Origin: Candidatus Binataceae bacterium
Lineage (GTDB): Bacteria > Desulfobacterota > Binatia > Binatales > Binataceae
DNA length: 24,382 bases
Assembly: GCA_050736555.1 (NCBI GenBank)
Contig: JBOHWM010000040.1
Span: 1 to 24,382, forward strand
Direction of reading: 5' to 3'
Below, piece after piece: positions 1 to 8,212 of this stretch. Position 1 is the first letter of the stretch, and the number at the start of each line of letters is the position of its first letter. A model generated the notes under the pieces. The model saw nothing but the letters and a program-made list of their open reading frames with translations, did not search any database and was not told where the DNA came from. A program made the position numbers and the translations under genes.

Positions 1-680
1 GGGTTACATCACGATACCGCGATGGTGCTGACGGATGCGGTTTACTTCAAAGGCCGTTGGAGCGACCAATTTAACCCGCGCGTCACCAGCCCGCGTCCGT
101 TTCATTTGTCGGGAAGGACTGAGACGATTCCGATGATGGACCGCACGGGCTCGTATCTATACTTGGAAACCAAGGAGCTTCAGGCGATCAGGTTGCCTTA
201 TGGCAATCGACGGCTCGCGATGTACGTGCTGCTGCCACGCAAAACCGGAGGATTGGCTGAGTTGGCGCATTCGCTGGACGAAAAGAAGTGGAATGGCTTG
301 ATCAATCGTTTGGAGGAGCGCGAAGGCGCGATCATGCTGCCGAAGTTCGAATTGAGATATGGGGGACTACTCAATCCCGCTTGGAAGCACTCGGCATGGG
401 CGTCGCATTCGAGGCCGGGAAAGCGGACTTCTCCGGCATTTCCCCCGATCGACGAGTCTATATCAGCGACGTGCAACATAAGACGTACGTGAAGGTGGAT
501 GAGGAGGGTACCGAAGCCGCCGCCGCTACTGCCGTGACCGCGCGCGCCACGGCAATGGTCAGACCGACGATCCCGCCATTCCAGATGATTGTCGATCATC
601 CGTTTTGTTTTGCGATCGCGGACCGCGACAGCGGCGCCATTCTTTTCCTCGGCCTGGTCCACGATCCGTCCGGCCGTTAG
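1..680 (+). pseudogene. Serpin (serine protease inhibitor), 5'-truncated by window edge, apparent 1-nt frameshift near 380
   Basis: Frame of ORF 22..492 gives DAVYFKGRW, F..MM, LPY, LLP, LPKF; frame of ORF 288..680 gives LEALGM, ADFSGI, VDEEGTEAAAAT and DHPFCFAI..ILFLG. Adding one base at ~380 yields LLNPALEALGM. Could be a sequencing error rather than a true pseudogene. Confidence 0.9.
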
Positions 681-704
681 CGAAACTCCGCATAACGGTC
701 GTGT

Positions 705-732
705 TGTCATTCCGAGCGTAGCGAGGAATCCC
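705..732 (+). repeat. REP-like imperfect palindrome, family A (TGTCATTCCGAGCGTAGCGAGGAATCCC)
   Basis: Near-identical copy on minus strand at 12490-12517; ATTCC/GGAAT arms; lies between convergent genes. Confidence 0.75.
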
Positions 733-750
733 GGAATTCTGTTCTTTGTT

Positions 751-802
751 TGTCATCCCGGAACGAGCGAGCAGGTCTGCGAGGTGCGTAAAATAGAGAT
801 CT
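751..802 (+). repeat. Family B repeat copy embedded in a TGTCATCCC...GAGATCT family A-like shell
   Basis: GAACGAGCGAGCAGGTCTGCGAGGTGCGTAAAATA matches family B core. Confidence 0.6.
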
Positions 803-870
803 AAGTGGAGCGACGGGCTTTTTCTTTGCTGAAGAAAGACAATCCCTTCGCCCTTCGACGGCGCTCGGCA

Positions 871-1830
871 CTACTGTTCGGCGTAGGCGACGTCGCGGAC
901 GAACTCTGGCAGCGGCGTTTGCGCCACCAGGATCGAGACGAAATGGCCGGTCGGATAGAACGTCAGGCAGATACTGTATCCCTTGTATTGATAGAAGGCG
1001 TGGGTTCCGAACCATTGCTGGGCATCTGGCGGCGCCGCCAACTTGGCGTCGCGGAAGCAGATGCTCAAGATCGTTCCACCGCCGCCTTGGTAGAGCGTGT
1101 AAGTGACCGGGCGTCCGTCGGGCAGATGATCCAAGCGGCCGCCCGCTAGCTGAAAGCCCGCGCCTTCGAAATCAAACAGAGTGCCAGGCATTTTGCCGTC
1201 CCGGTAGGACTGCGCAATGTCGTCGAACTCCTCTGATACCGGGATGACGTTATCTTTTGATACCACCGTCGCGAAATATGGACCGTTCACCGCGTCGGTG
1301 GAATCAGGCACGTTTGGATAGAACGAATACTCGAAAATGCGATACTTGCTGATGGCAAGATCAAACTCGGTCACCGCTCGTGATTTCGGAGAGTGGCCGG
1401 TCCGCGCCATCGGTATCGCGAACAACGCCACGATTAGCACTACGGCGACGGCGCCAACGGTTTGCGCCCATTTCGTGGGACTGCGCCATCCGCGACGGAC
1501 AGACCCGCGAGTCGCTTCGATAGAGCCAGGGGTTTGTGAGCGCGAGTACCTGAGGCGCGAGTGAATAGAGCTTGGGCGATCTGAGTAGGCTGGTGAGGCG
1601 TCCGCGAGCATGACGCGAATATCGGCGCGAATCGCGGCCGACGCTTTGATGATACCGGCGTGCCCGCGCACCATCGCCTTGAGCGCACGTTCATCGGTCA
1701 AGCATGCGCGACAGGCCGCGCACATGGCCACGTGCTGCTCGGCGGTCCGATGCTCGCGCGGGCTCAATTGACCGTCGGCGTGCGGCGTCAGGAATTTACT
1801 GCGATATTGCCGGCATTCCACTGTCACCAC
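871..1830 (-). CDS. Membrane anti-sigma factor with N-terminal zinc-binding (zf-HC2/ZAS) domain
   Basis: C..(H)ADGQLS..E....EQHVAMCAAC (HxxxCxxC), single hydrophobic helix AVAVVLIVALFAIP, C-terminal domain; directly downstream of ECF sigma. Confidence 0.9.
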   Translation of the reverse strand: MVTVECRQYRSKFLTPHADGQLSPREHRTAEQHVAMCAACRACLTDERALKAMVRGHAGIIKASAAIRADIRVMLADASPAYSDRPSSIHSRLRYSRSQTPGSIEATRGSVRRGWRSPTKWAQTVGAVAVVLIVALFAIPMARTGHSPKSRAVTEFDLAISKYRIFEYSFYPNVPDSTDAVNGPYFATVVSKDNVIPVSEEFDDIAQSYRDGKMPGTLFDFEGAGFQLAGGRLDHLPDGRPVTYTLYQGGGGTILSICFRDAKLAAPPDAQQWFGTHAFYQYKGYSICLTFYPTGHFVSILVAQTPLPEFVRDVAYAEQ

Positions 1831-1922
1831 CCACGCCGATTACCGTAAACGTGTGCCGCGGCTCCGCCTGAGTCCCCCTGATCACGGAATGTTTAGTTTG
1901 CTAATGCGCGGGGGCGGCGGTG

Positions 1923-2498
1923 TCAAGTACCTGTTTTACGTCGCGGTACGGCGAATTCACGCAGCGTTTCGCGCAAGAGGGCACGTGCGCGCGAGACGCG
2001 TGATTTGATCGTTCCGATCGGAACCGCAAGGATGGTCGCGGCCTCCTGATAATCGAGCTCCTGGACATCGATAAGCAAGAGTGCCTGGCGAAAATCCGTG
2101 GGCAGCGCCGTCAGCGCAGCCTCGATCTGCCGCCCAAGCATCCGGTCGAATACCAGGCTTTCGGGATCGGCTGAATGGTCGGCCAGCAAACCTGGAACCT
2201 CCAACTCGCGCTCGAACTCGACACCTGTTACGGCGACCTGCTCAAGCGTGGAGCGACGGTAGCTGTTGCGGAAATTGTTATAGAGGATAGTGAGTAACCA
2301 CGCCCGGCAATTGCTGCCGGGGCGGAACTGGTGGAAAAAGCGATAGGCGCGCAGGACCGTTTCCTGAAGCAGATCCTTGGCATCGTCGGGGTTGCGCGAC
2401 AACCGCAGAGCGGCAGTGTACAAGGCGTCCAGATGGGGCAGTGCGATCTCCTCGAAGAGCAGACGCCTATCCCTGATGATGGCCCTTTTTAGCGCCAT
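1923..2498 (-). CDS. ECF sigma-70 family RNA polymerase sigma factor
   Basis: Region 2 ALRLSRNPDDAKDLLQET..RAWLLTI; region 4 YQEAATILAVPIGTIKSRVSRAR; 191 aa. Confidence 0.97.
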   Translation of the reverse strand: MALKRAIIRDRRLLFEEIALPHLDALYTAALRLSRNPDDAKDLLQETVLRAYRFFHQFRPGSNCRAWLLTILYNNFRNSYRRSTLEQVAVTGVEFERELEVPGLLADHSADPESLVFDRMLGRQIEAALTALPTDFRQALLLIDVQELDYQEAATILAVPIGTIKSRVSRARALLRETLREFAVPRRKTGT

Positions 2499-2579
2499 GT
2501 GCTATCCGCTCAGACCATAGCACTGACACCAACACGACGCCTAACCGGCGAATAAAGCCGCTTGGTCCTGACCGTGAGC

Positions 2580-2630
2580 GATAATGAATAATCTAATATT
2601 ATCAAGTTCGCAAAATAAGTTGGATTTGCG
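2580..2630. promoter_or_regulatory. AT-rich putative operator/promoter region with two inverted repeats
   Basis: GATAAT(2580-2585)-N12-ATTATC(2598-2603) and CGCAAA(2609-2614)-N10-TTTGCG(2625-2630) between divergent units. Confidence 0.35.
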
Positions 2631-2679
2631 TAATGGCGGCAGAGTAACAGGTCGCGATGAAATTGATCGGAATTGACTG

Positions 2680-3210
2680 ATCGAAGAGCGACTCGCACAA
2701 CGCATATTGATAGGCTCTCGGCGGCAAGCGATTCATTAATCGCGCGATGGGCGCATAAAGCATATTCGGCGCGATGCCCGCGCTTGTCGAATGGGACGAT
2801 CGGATTCCAGAATTTTGCGTACTGACCGCCAGTGTGGACGAAGCGCTCGATGCGGCCGCGATGCGCGAGATTGATCCGCCGCAATGGCCCGAACTCAGGA
2901 TGCGGATGCATCCGGCGACCGCAATCCTCGATTTCCAATGGGACGTGTCCGGCGTGGGCGTTTTCTCGTGGCATGGAGTGGAAGCAGCCGGAGCCTCGCG
3001 GCGAAACGCGGTCTGGTGTGGCGGGCAAAGCACGACGTGAGTTATCGGCGAATCGACACGGCGGAGTGCCGCTCGCTTCGTGCGGCGAGCAATGGAGCAG
3101 CCTTCGCGGCAATTTGCGTAGCGGCTGCGACGGCGCTTGAAGCCGACCCAGCCACGGCGATGCATACGATGCTGGCGCGATGGTTGGACGGCGTCCTGGT
3201 CCGTGATTGA
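2680..3210 (+). pseudogene. Degraded DUF2063 / HvfC-BufC-like (MNIO partner) gene
   Basis: Fragments in three frames: ALDAAAMREIDPPQWPELRMRMHPATAILDFQWDV; AFSRGMEWKQPEPR; LVWRAKHDVSYRRIDTAE..AASNGAAFAAIC..MLARWLDGVLV. Recognised from memory of the family C-terminus; 5' boundary uncertain. Confidence 0.65.
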
Positions 3211-3228
3211 AAGCGGTCGATCCGCGTC

Positions 3229-3282
3229 AACGCAGCTCGCGGACTCGCCTGCTCGGCCCCACTTCGTTCCGCCTAGTGTGCG
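3229..3282 (-). repeat. Family B ~55-nt intergenic repeat
   Basis: Minus strand reads GCACACTAGGCGGAACGAAGTGGGGCCGAGCAGGCGAGTCCGCGAGCTGCGTT. Confidence 0.85.
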
Positions 3283-3478
3283 CCAATCACATGCTGCGAA
3301 AGTGACGGTTGCCGGCAATGGCTTCGCGTCTGACGGCAAAGTAGGCTCAAGTTCAGTGGCGATTTGCGGCGGAGGTCCGAGTCTCGCAGCCGCGATCTCT
3401 ATCGTCGCTTTGATGATTCGTGTCGGTTCCAGGTCTTCGACGTTGATTGCCGTCGTCGAGCGCCGGTGATCAAAATGG

Positions 3479-4585
3479 ATGGGGATAGTGAGCGCGGGGA
3501 AGTTTCAAGTCCGTCAGGTTAGCACTCGCGAGGGTTTCGAGCGGTTCGCGCGTCTGCCGTTCAAAATTTATGGCGCGCGCCAGGCGTGGTGGCCTCCCGA
3601 CGTGCAAAACGAGATTGACTTGCTGTCCGGGCGCGCGTTGATAAGCAATCATCTCGACCTGGCGCCGTTTTGCGCGATGCGCGATTCGACAATTTTGGCG
3701 CGCGCGAGCGCGGTCGTGAACCATCGCTACAATGAACACTGGCATGAAAACATCGGCCAATTGATTCATTTCGAAGCGATGGCTGGCGAGGACGCCGCCG
3801 TCGCGGCGCTGCTCGACCAGGTGCTGGAATGGCTTGCGCGGCGCGGGATGAAGGCGGTGCGCAGCGGTTTCGCAGCTTTTCTCGATTACCCCTACGCCAT
3901 CGACAATTACAATGAATTGCCCTCGTTCCTGCTGCGCGGCAATCCCGATTACTATCATCGCTATTTCAAGAACTCTGGGTTTTTTACCGAAAAGGGCCAG
4001 GTTGATTACACCGCCCCCTTAACTCTGGAAATCCTCGAACGTTATCGCCAGATGGTCGAGGCGGCACATCAAGCCGGCGTTATTATCAAGAGTTGGCGCG
4101 AATTCGGGTTTCTCGCCGCGATTGACGCCTGGACCGAGATAACCAATGCGGCTTTTGCCCGTCATTGGGGATGGAATTCGATCTCGCGTGCGGAGGTGCG
4201 CCCGATGTTGTCGCCGCTGGGCACGACGACGGTGGCCGATCTCTCGATGATTGCCAGTACTGGCGACGCCGCGATCGGCGCGGTCTTCTCAGTGCCGGAT
4301 TTCAGCGACTCGCTGGCCTCGGTGAGAGCCGGAATCAAACTTGATCCGGCGCGTGGCGGCGGTACGCGCGGGGCACTGGTCAACGTCGGGGTTCTTGAAG
4401 CCGCCCGTTCACGCGGAGTCGCGCGTGCGATGGCGGCGCGTTCATTTTTGACGATGGCGCGCAACTCGATGAGCTATGCGGGTTATACCTTGGTGCTCGA
4501 CGATAATTGGCCCTCGCGCCGGACGGCGGAAAGCCTCGGCGCGCACGTTACCAGCAATTTCGTCAGCTATCGCCGTGAACTCTGA
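3479..4585 (+). CDS. GNAT-fold protein, YghO-like putative N-acyltransferase
   Basis: F.RLPFKIY..W.PP, HFEA, NPDYY..YF...GF, AFARHWG, VGVL..ARSRGVA acyl-CoA motif, VLDDNWPS; 368 aa. Confidence 0.8.
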   Translation: MGIVSAGKFQVRQVSTREGFERFARLPFKIYGARQAWWPPDVQNEIDLLSGRALISNHLDLAPFCAMRDSTILARASAVVNHRYNEHWHENIGQLIHFEAMAGEDAAVAALLDQVLEWLARRGMKAVRSGFAAFLDYPYAIDNYNELPSFLLRGNPDYYHRYFKNSGFFTEKGQVDYTAPLTLEILERYRQMVEAAHQAGVIIKSWREFGFLAAIDAWTEITNAAFARHWGWNSISRAEVRPMLSPLGTTTVADLSMIASTGDAAIGAVFSVPDFSDSLASVRAGIKLDPARGGGTRGALVNVGVLEAARSRGVARAMAARSFLTMARNSMSYAGYTLVLDDNWPSRRTAESLGAHVTSNFVSYRREL

Positions 4586-4638
4586 AAGCCGGTGTGGGCA
4601 ACGTATTATTCCTGTCTGCGCACGGGGAAAATCAGCCC

Positions 4639-4893
4639 TCATTCAAGACGCACGACTGTCACTTCCTCCTCATCTTCGCCGGTTTCGAGATAGCTTTGAA
4701 TCTCATCCGCGATCCGGCTTAATGGCTCATTGCCCGGTCGCCATTCGCGCGCGTCACGCAGCGCTCCACGGCGTGAGGCCAGACGCACCGAGATGACGCG
4801 GATTGGAGACTTGGCTTCGTTCAAGAACTGCAATATTTCCGCAACATTGGACCTCGCGCGGAGATTACGAATCACCAGAACCGCACTTGGCAT
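4639..4893 (-). CDS. Small hypothetical protein
   Basis: ATG at 4893 preceded by GGAGGGG; protein-like composition with acidic C-terminus; no family recognised. Confidence 0.5.
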   Translation of the reverse strand: MPSAVLVIRNLRARSNVAEILQFLNEAKSPIRVISVRLASRRGALRDAREWRPGNEPLSRIADEIQSYLETGEDEEEVTVVRLE

Positions 4894-4972
4894 GGCCCAC
4901 CCCTCCATTCCAGTGCCGGCAAACCACGGCTCTCCCAGCGTAACTTTGCACTTTCGTGTTCAGCAAATGGAC

Positions 4973-5128
4973 GCTTGGCAAAATGCAACCAGGTATGCTT
5001 CGCACGTGATGCGGAGTTGTGCCATTAATCGGTTTTGATTGTCAATCTGTAGCCCATCACGCCAGAATGCATCGCCGATTATGGGGAATTGATCGTCCAA
5101 TACAACTCCGCATCGCGCCTTGCCAAGC
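4973..5128. other. Nested inverted repeats, candidate structured RNA
   Basis: Arms 4973-4981/5120-5128 (9 bp), 5005-5020/5102-5117 (16 bp, one G-U), 5022-5032/5075-5084 (10 bp, one bulge). Confidence 0.5.
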
Positions 5129-5340
5129 TATAAGTTGATCGCAAGTGGGTGCGCGAGTGTCCAGGATTGCCTGTGCAAATAAGCGCACTTGTCAAATCGG
5201 ACCAAAGTTGTAATCAAACAATGTTGACCAGTAACCACATGTGGTCAGCGGATTGGATCGTGTTCGCAGTCGCAACGAGGTTGCGCGCGGCGGCTTGGTC
5301 GAATAGTTGAAAGAGAACTAGGGACAGAAATTTCGATCTG

Positions 5341-5922
5341 ATGAAAAATAAACTCCCGAGACTTCCCTTTCTGTTCGCGGCCGCGATGCTCCTGACGACC
5401 ATGGGGGCGTGTCAGGGTGCTAAAGCTAATCAGGTTGCGAAGGATGGATTACCAGTGCGCAATACCGGCCATTATGCAACTCTCGACACCGACAAGGGCA
5501 CCATTGTAATCGAGCTTTATCCGAAGGTCGCACCCAAGACTGTCGCGAATTTCGAAAAACTCTCCAAGGACGGCTTCTACAACGGCCTGACCTTCCATCG
5601 GGTCGAGCCGGGTTTCGTGGTGCAGGGCGGCGACCCCAAGGGCAACGGTACCGGCGGCCCGGGCTACGATTTGCCTGCGGAGATCGATCCCAACGAACAC
5701 CATCTACGCGGCACGGTCGCGATGGCGCGGCTGGGTGACAACGTCAATCCGGAGCGGCGTTCCAGCGGCAGCCAGTTTTATATCTGCCTCGCTCCGGCAC
5801 CTTTTCTCGACAAGCAGTACACGATCTTTGGCGGCGTGGTCGAAGGGATGGACGTGGTGGACAAAATCAGAGTGGGCGATCACATCAAAAAGATCACCCT
5901 TAGCTCGGAACTGCAAAAGTAA
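5341..5922 (+). CDS. Cyclophilin-type peptidyl-prolyl cis-trans isomerase, probable lipoprotein
   Basis: APKTVANF, GFYNGLTFHRV, FVVQGGDP, GTVAMAR, GSQFYI, YTIFG; signal peptide ending MGAC. Confidence 0.97.
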   Translation: MKNKLPRLPFLFAAAMLLTTMGACQGAKANQVAKDGLPVRNTGHYATLDTDKGTIVIELYPKVAPKTVANFEKLSKDGFYNGLTFHRVEPGFVVQGGDPKGNGTGGPGYDLPAEIDPNEHHLRGTVAMARLGDNVNPERRSSGSQFYICLAPAPFLDKQYTIFGGVVEGMDVVDKIRVGDHIKKITLSSELQK

Positions 5923-5932
5923 AGTTAAGTGT

Positions 5933-6035
5933 CAGGCGAAGCGGAGCCGAGCACATTAGTGAAGCGAAGCGGAACGAGCGGGTGAGTCTGCGAGCTGCGT
6001 TCAGGATTGCGCGTCCGCGACGTGCGTTAAGAATA
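5933..6035 (+). repeat. Two family B copies, one nested inside the other
   Basis: Inner copy ~5958-6005 splits outer copy CAGGCGAAGCGGAGCCGAGCA|GCGCGTCCGCGACGTGCGTTAAGAATA. Confidence 0.75.
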
Positions 6036-6037
6036 CG

Positions 6038-6760
6038 ATGAGCATCTCAGGAAGCGGGCACCCGCCGGGGCCCTACTTCACAGTCGACCTTCATCTGCAT
6101 ACCAATCACGGGAGCGCGGATTCCAATCTTTCGCCCGCCGCACTAATCGTGCGTGCCCAAGAAATCGGAATCGGCGCCGTATGTATCACCGAGCACGATA
6201 ATGTCTGTGACTTGAAGGAGCTTTTACAAGCGACGCCGTCTGGAGTGGTCTTCCTGCGCGGCATGGAAGTCACCACCGAAATGGGTCACATTGGTGTGTT
6301 CGGCTTGACTGAATACGTCGGCGGCATCTACAAGCTACGTGAATTGCGCAAAGTGGTGGACCGCTTGGGCGGCCTCATGGTCGCCAACCATCCGTTCCGC
6401 TATAAACTCGACCCACGCTTTTCCTTTATCAATCCCGATCGCGAACCGATTGACCCCGCGTATCCGGAACATGCGGCGAAGCTCGAGATTTTCGAGGTCT
6501 GCGACGCTATTGAAGTGCTCAACGGGGCTTGCTCGGAAGAAGAAAATTTATTCGCCTTGAGAGTCGCTAAGCTGATCGGCAAGCCCGCCGTGGCGGGTTC
6601 CGATTCCCATTCCGCCAACTCGGTGGGATGTGTGACCACACTGTTGCCCCATCCGGTGCGCGACGAGCGTGAGCTTATCGAAAGTATCAAGGCGGGTGAT
6701 TCATGCGCTGGGCGCGGATTGCTGAGCGGTGCCGTCACCCGTTTCGAATTGCCGGCATGA
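6038..6760 (+). CDS. PHP domain metal-dependent phosphoesterase
   Basis: DLHLHT..S.DS, ITEHD, GMEVTT..GH, NHP, IEVLNG, GSDSH. Confidence 0.95.
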   Translation: MSISGSGHPPGPYFTVDLHLHTNHGSADSNLSPAALIVRAQEIGIGAVCITEHDNVCDLKELLQATPSGVVFLRGMEVTTEMGHIGVFGLTEYVGGIYKLRELRKVVDRLGGLMVANHPFRYKLDPRFSFINPDREPIDPAYPEHAAKLEIFEVCDAIEVLNGACSEEENLFALRVAKLIGKPAVAGSDSHSANSVGCVTTLLPHPVRDERELIESIKAGDSCAGRGLLSGAVTRFELPA

Positions 6761-6763
6761 CAC

Positions 6764-6961
6764 CTAATCCCATGTTCTGCGGGTGCTTGGCAAAAAACCT
6801 GAATCTACCACGAATCCCTCAGGCATGATTGCGAGCCCGACCCTCAAAGGTTCGACGTAGGGGATTTCTATTATTTCTGTCGGCATACAAATCAACACCC
6901 CGGCGAGAGTGACTGTCTCGGCAGGCGCAGAGTTAGCCGAAGCCTGAGCTTTGGTTCTCAT
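6764..6961 (-). CDS. Small hypothetical protein (65 aa) coupled to upstream protease
   Basis: ATG overlaps the protease stop (ATGA at 6961-6958); ORF fills the gap to the PHP stop. Confidence 0.4.
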   Translation of the reverse strand: MRTKAQASANSAPAETVTLAGVLICMPTEIIEIPYVEPLRVGLAIMPEGFVVDSGFLPSTRRTWD

Positions 6962-8000
6962 GGCTCTTGCTCCCAACGTTGCCATATGACCTCCTGCTTG
7001 ATCACCTCCTGAGCACCCATCGGCGTGTTAATGCTAGCCTTTTGGAGACCTAGGTCGATCAAAAATACGTCTGCGCGACATGCGGATTCTACGTAAATGC
7101 AAGGGATTTTGTCGAGCCTTATTCTACTCGTGGTCGCGCCGCCCACGCCGGGCTTTGAAGTTGCCTTGTCCAACTCGTGCAGAGCGCTGAACGGCTCCGT
7201 GAGATTGATAGCTGAGGAATACTCCAGGTAAAGCTGCCACATGGCCAGCTCCAAATCCGCAGGCGGCATGGTGACCTTTAGATTGAGGTCCTCCTTAGCC
7301 TCCTTCCGATTGATTAGGTGACCATGAAAGAACAGGTTCGACTTTAGATTTTCAACGATGGTATCGATTTCATGATCGAGTTTCGCCTCCATATGGGTGT
7401 GCAGCAACTTACGAGCCATCAGCCTGGACTGATTGTGCGATCTCTGCACATTTCCCAAGGCCAACGGATGAATTTTTTCAGTGAGCGCGACCAACGACTG
7501 GACCAGTTCGTCTTCTGCGTGATTCCCACTTCCTCCTTCACTAGTCGGAAGTATGCGGTTACGTCTTCCACACTGATCGGTATCGGAAGACCCGTCTGAG
7601 GATTCGCGGGATTGAATTGGTTTGCTACCGATGGATCAATCGGGCCGAGGCAACCCATACGGTGCATGACAATCTCGTCGGCACCTAAGGCGATAAAAGT
7701 TGCGGCGCTGAATGCCCGATGTGGAACGAGAACGGCGAAGTTCTTTGTATATTCGCGAATTAGGCTGACAATTCGCCAAGGCGCCGTTCCTGAGCCGCCG
7801 TTGCTGTGGATGAAAAGGTCAACTCCGTTCTTGGCCTTCTCTTTGTGTGCCTCCAGATGCTCATAGAAGAGGGGCGGAACATCGTCCGCGATCTGCATTT
7901 CGAAATTTGTTCGCGTAGAGGTTATATAGCTGATGATCAGGCGACCTTGCCGTGCTCGTTCCAGTCGACCTAACAGCGCAGTACGATCCACCCTCGCCAT
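6958..8000 (-). pseudogene. SDH family (DUF114) Clp-fold serine protease, apparent 1-nt frameshift near 7516
   Basis: DLFIHSNGG, AFSAATFIALGADEIVM, LGPIDP in ORF 7419..8009; IHPLALG and FFHGHLI...EA in ORF 6958..7494; one added base gives GIT(H/Q)EDELVQSLVAL. Confidence 0.88.
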
Positions 8001-8139
8001 GAATGGCACTCTTATGCTCAGTGATGATATCGCATGAATCAGAGTCTCTTAGGTGCTATCACGCGAGAACGTCTGGGTACAGGTCGGCGGGTTCAGTCGC
8101 CGACTTCCGTATCCTGGCACGAAGGACGCGGGAGGTTAG

Positions 8140-8178
8140 GCCGAAGAGTTTCACCCGACAAACTCATGGCGGTTTTTT
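8140..8178 (+). terminator. Terminator-like hairpin plus T-run upstream of amidohydrolase
   Basis: GCC..GAGTTT/AAACTC..GGC followed by GGTTTTTT. Confidence 0.35.
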
Positions 8179-8212
8179 GAAGACGGTTCGGTTTCTATCA
8201 GAGGCGAAACCA

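Noticed and set aside
370..390. Programmed ribosomal frameshift in the serpin
   Set aside because: No X XXY YYZ slippery site at the inferred junction, and a truncated serpin would lack its reactive loop.
2510..3339. Long minus-strand ORFs 2510..3112 and 2602..3339
   Set aside because: Shadow frames of the plus-strand pseudogene; no recognisable motifs.
5008..5025. Sigma-54 promoter on minus strand (TGGCACAACTCCGC)
   Set aside because: GG to GC spacing is 9 nt rather than the required 10.
1..8000. Serpin and SDH protease as an inhibitor-target pair
   Set aside because: More than 6 kb apart with unrelated genes between and different composition; Clp-fold proteases are not established serpin targets.
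8003..8212. N-terminal extension of the amidohydrolase ORF
   Set aside because: Family similarity starts at METLLIHN (8213), which has an RBS; the extension overlaps a divergent promoter region.
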